In this document: positions 61,693 to 64,000 of the stretch, one piece after another
Layout: the number at the start of each line of letters is the position of its first letter
How positions within the stretch are numbered: the first letter of the stretch is position 1
Source: Candidatus Sericytochromatia bacterium
GTDB taxonomy: Bacteria; Cyanobacteriota; Sericytochromatia; S15B-MN24; VGJW01
Reading direction: 5' to 3'
Assembly: GCA_035285865.1 (NCBI GenBank)
Contig: JAYKHS010000017.1
Span: forward strand, 1-64,000
Length of the DNA: 64,000 nt
The notes under the pieces: model-generated
The model's input: only the letters and a program-made list of their open reading frames with translations
Told to the model about the DNA's origin: nothing
Database searches by the model: none
Translations under genes and position numbers: made by a program

Positions 61693-62778
61693 GTGATTCG
61701 CTTGTCGTCTCGCTTCCTGCTGTTGGCGGCTGCCCTGTCGGTGACGGCCTGCGGAGCCTTGGCGCCTTCTGTCCGGACGACCTCCGCAACCGTCGAGGCG
61801 GCGGCCCGGGCGCGCGACACCCGCCTGCTGGTCTGGCCCGAGGCGGGCGTGGCACCGATCCTCGAGGCCATTGCCTCGGCCCGCCGGACCTTGGACGTGC
61901 AGGTCTACATCCTGTCGAACGACGACATCATCAAGGCACTCGCTGCGGCTGCCGACCGGGGCGTCAGGGTGCGCGTGATGCTGGATCCCGCACCTTACAA
62001 TCCCTCCAACCCCAATAGCCCCCTGCCCATCAACAAGGAAACGCTCAAGAAACTCACGGGCAGCAAAGTCATGCTGGCGTGGACCGATCCGAGTTTTCGT
62101 TTCACCCACAGCAAGTTCATGATCGTGGACCGCGCCAAGGCATGGATCCTGACCGCCAACATGTCCAAGTCGGGCATGACGCGCAACCGCGAGTTCGGCG
62201 TTGTCGACACCCGACCGGAGGACGTTCGGGACATGAACGCGCTCTTCGATGCGGACTGGGCGCACAAGCCCTGGGCGCCGACCTCTCCCCGCCTCGTCGT
62301 CAGTCCGGTGAACGCCGAGGCCCGCCTGCAGGACCTGATTAGCAGCGCACGGCAGGCCATCGAGGTCTACGACGAAGTCATGTATGACGAGGCCACCTTT
62401 GCTGCTCTGGGCGAGCGGGCCAAGGCCGGCGTGAAGGTCCGGGTGCTGATGGGCGATCCGGAGCACATCCCGGGCAACGCCTCGGCGGCCGCCCGCTTGA
62501 AGGAGATGGGCATCGAGTCTCGCTGGATTGCCGAACCGGTCATCCACGCCAAGATGGTCTCGGCAGACAACCGGTTCTACGTCGGGTCCGTCAATCTGAC
62601 GACCAACTCGATCAAGAACAACCGCGAAGTCGGCCTGATCCTGGACGAGGCGGATCTGCTCGGCTCGGTCCGCGGAACCTTCGAGAAGGACTGGGCGGCG
62701 TCCACCGCATTCGCGCCCGTGCCTCCCACGACTGCATGGACGTGGATGCCGCCCGGAGTGTCCTGGATCAGCGACTGA
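61693..62778 (+). CDS. Phospholipase D family lipoprotein with two HKD motifs
   Basis: Lipobox VTAC; HSKFMIVD and HAKMVSAD; NRE motifs. Confidence 0.9.
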   Translation: MIRLSSRFLLLAAALSVTACGALAPSVRTTSATVEAAARARDTRLLVWPEAGVAPILEAIASARRTLDVQVYILSNDDIIKALAAAADRGVRVRVMLDPAPYNPSNPNSPLPINKETLKKLTGSKVMLAWTDPSFRFTHSKFMIVDRAKAWILTANMSKSGMTRNREFGVVDTRPEDVRDMNALFDADWAHKPWAPTSPRLVVSPVNAEARLQDLISSARQAIEVYDEVMYDEATFAALGERAKAGVKVRVLMGDPEHIPGNASAAARLKEMGIESRWIAEPVIHAKMVSADNRFYVGSVNLTTNSIKNNREVGLILDEADLLGSVRGTFEKDWAASTAFAPVPPTTAWTWMPPGVSWISD

Positions 62779-62785
62779 AGATACT

Positions 62786-62816
62786 AGCGCCCGCCCTGCA
62801 ACGCAGGACGGGCGCT
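62786..62816. terminator. Hairpin between convergent genes
   Basis: AGCGCCCG-C-CCTGC-AAC-GCAGG-A-CGGGCGCT. Confidence 0.65.
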
Positions 62817-62836
62817 GACGTCTTGGAAGGTTACCG

Positions 62837-64000
62837 TCAGAGGCCGCCCAGGTTGCCGGACACCGTCGCAAAGGCCTTCTGGTCGGCTTCTGTGACGACG
62901 TTGTCGCGGGCCTCCTGCAGCGCGCCCTTGTCCGTGGTCCAGAACGTGCCGCCGCCGATGGCCTTGTAGAGGTTCTCGCGGACGCCCTCGGACGTGGCTT
63001 CCGAGGCTGCCTTCACATTGGCAGCGAAGGCCGTCTGGCCGCGGGCCGTCGCGATGCCGGCGACCGCCTCGGCGTCGGCCGGATTGCGAATCTCCTTGAC
63101 GGCATCCCGCAGATCCTTGGCCGTGTTGCGGTTGTCCTCGACGGCCTGCATCAGTTCGTCCCGGACATCCTTGGAGAGGGCGGGGTTGGCGAGCGTGTCC
63201 AGCATGCCGGCCAAGGCGGGCTGATCCTTGCGGATCTGGTCGGCCAACGCCTTGAACTGCTCGGGCTTGCCGGGGTCCAGCTCGCGGACGGCAGTCTTCA
63301 CGGCATCCCCGTCTCCTGCCTTGACCTTGAGGCTCTCGGCCAGCTTGCCCGCCGCATCCTTGTCGAGGACACCCTTGAGTTCCTCGGCCAGATCGTAGTT
63401 ACCGCTGCGGTTGGCGATGCCCAGCATGTCGTCCGCCAGCTTGATGGCGTCCTGAGTCGCTTTCAGGCGGTCCTTGGCCGGCTTGGTCTCGTCGTTGGCC
63501 ACCTTCATCAGGCCGTCGACCTGCGCCTTGACCGAGTCAAGCACCTGCTTCTGCTCGGTCAGCGTCCATTTGCCGGCTACGCTGGGCTTCTTGAGCGCCG
63601 CGTCGACCAAAGCATCGCCCGGTAGACAAACTTTGGGCTCTTCCTTCTCCTCGGGCTTTTTCGGGTCTTCGCCGGAGACAGGGGGCTTGGGTGCGTCACC
63701 AGTGGCAGGTGGCTTATCGGCAGGCTTGTCGGCAGGCTTCTCGGCGGGCTTGTCCGCGGGGGCGCTGCCCTTCTTGGCGGGCAGCTTTATGCTGTCACCG
63801 GGATAGATGAGGCCGCCCGAGGCGGAACGGCGCTTGCCCGAAGCATCCTTGCCATCTTTGAAGAGGTCAGGGTTCAGTTGCTTCAGGTCTGCCAAGGAAA
63901 CGCCGTTGGCCTTGGCAATGGCGCCGAGGGTGTCTCCCTGCTTGACGGTGTAGGAGGCTCCGGCTTCCTGCGTTGTGGATGAGGTGGCCTCGCTGGCTTG
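62837..64000 (-). CDS. LysM domain protein with PADK repeats and helical C-terminus (5' end outside the window)
   Basis: Frame stays open to the window edge: SYTVKQGDTLGAIAKANGVSLADLKQLNP...LIYPGDSIKLP. Confidence 0.85.
   Translation of the reverse strand, partial: QASEATSSTTQEAGASYTVKQGDTLGAIAKANGVSLADLKQLNPDLFKDGKDASGKRRSASGGLIYPGDSIKLPAKKGSAPADKPAEKPADKPADKPPATGDAPKPPVSGEDPKKPEEKEEPKVCLPGDALVDAALKKPSVAGKWTLTEQKQVLDSVKAQVDGLMKVANDETKPAKDRLKATQDAIKLADDMLGIANRSGNYDLAEELKGVLDKDAAGKLAESLKVKAGDGDAVKTAVRELDPGKPEQFKALADQIRKDQPALAGMLDTLANPALSKDVRDELMQAVEDNRNTAKDLRDAVKEIRNPADAEAVAGIATARGQTAFAANVKAASEATSEGVRENLYKAIGGGTFWTTDKGALQEARDNVVTEADQKAFATVSGNLGGL

Overview
High-GC, gene-dense 64 kb window from a diderm bacterium (lipoproteins, beta-barrel-like C-termini). 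The lipoprotein styles remind me of Candidatus Sericytochromatia; that is an unverified inference. Housekeeping genes include a DEAD-box helicase, sdhCAB, a plant/chlamydial-type fabI, a two-component pair, SPFH/NfeD, phospholipase D and an M20 peptidase. There is a likely DUF4011-helicase-Vsr (Hhe-like) defence gene and a MerR-VIT/vWA-adenine methylase operon. Main observations: (1) Four clusters of uncharacterised lipoproteins share a lipobox - beta-strand - Arg-motif N-terminus. In five gene pairs the upstream protein's C-terminal segment resembles the N-terminal strand of the downstream protein, which suggests a type V pilus-like, strand-exchange surface fibre system. (2) A DsbA/FrnE-family selenoprotein (in-frame TGA in a UxxC motif plus a SECIS-like hairpin) is truncated in the ORF track. 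(3) A soluble protein carries two degenerate FlhA-C (FHIPEP)-like domains, and several signal-less proteins have sigma28-like promoters and a D-x-h-x-L motif. (4) A structured 5' leader precedes a GDPH/VWD protein. I saw no rRNA, tRNA, CRISPR array, transposase or reverse transcriptase. Domain calls come from motif recognition by eye, not from database searches.
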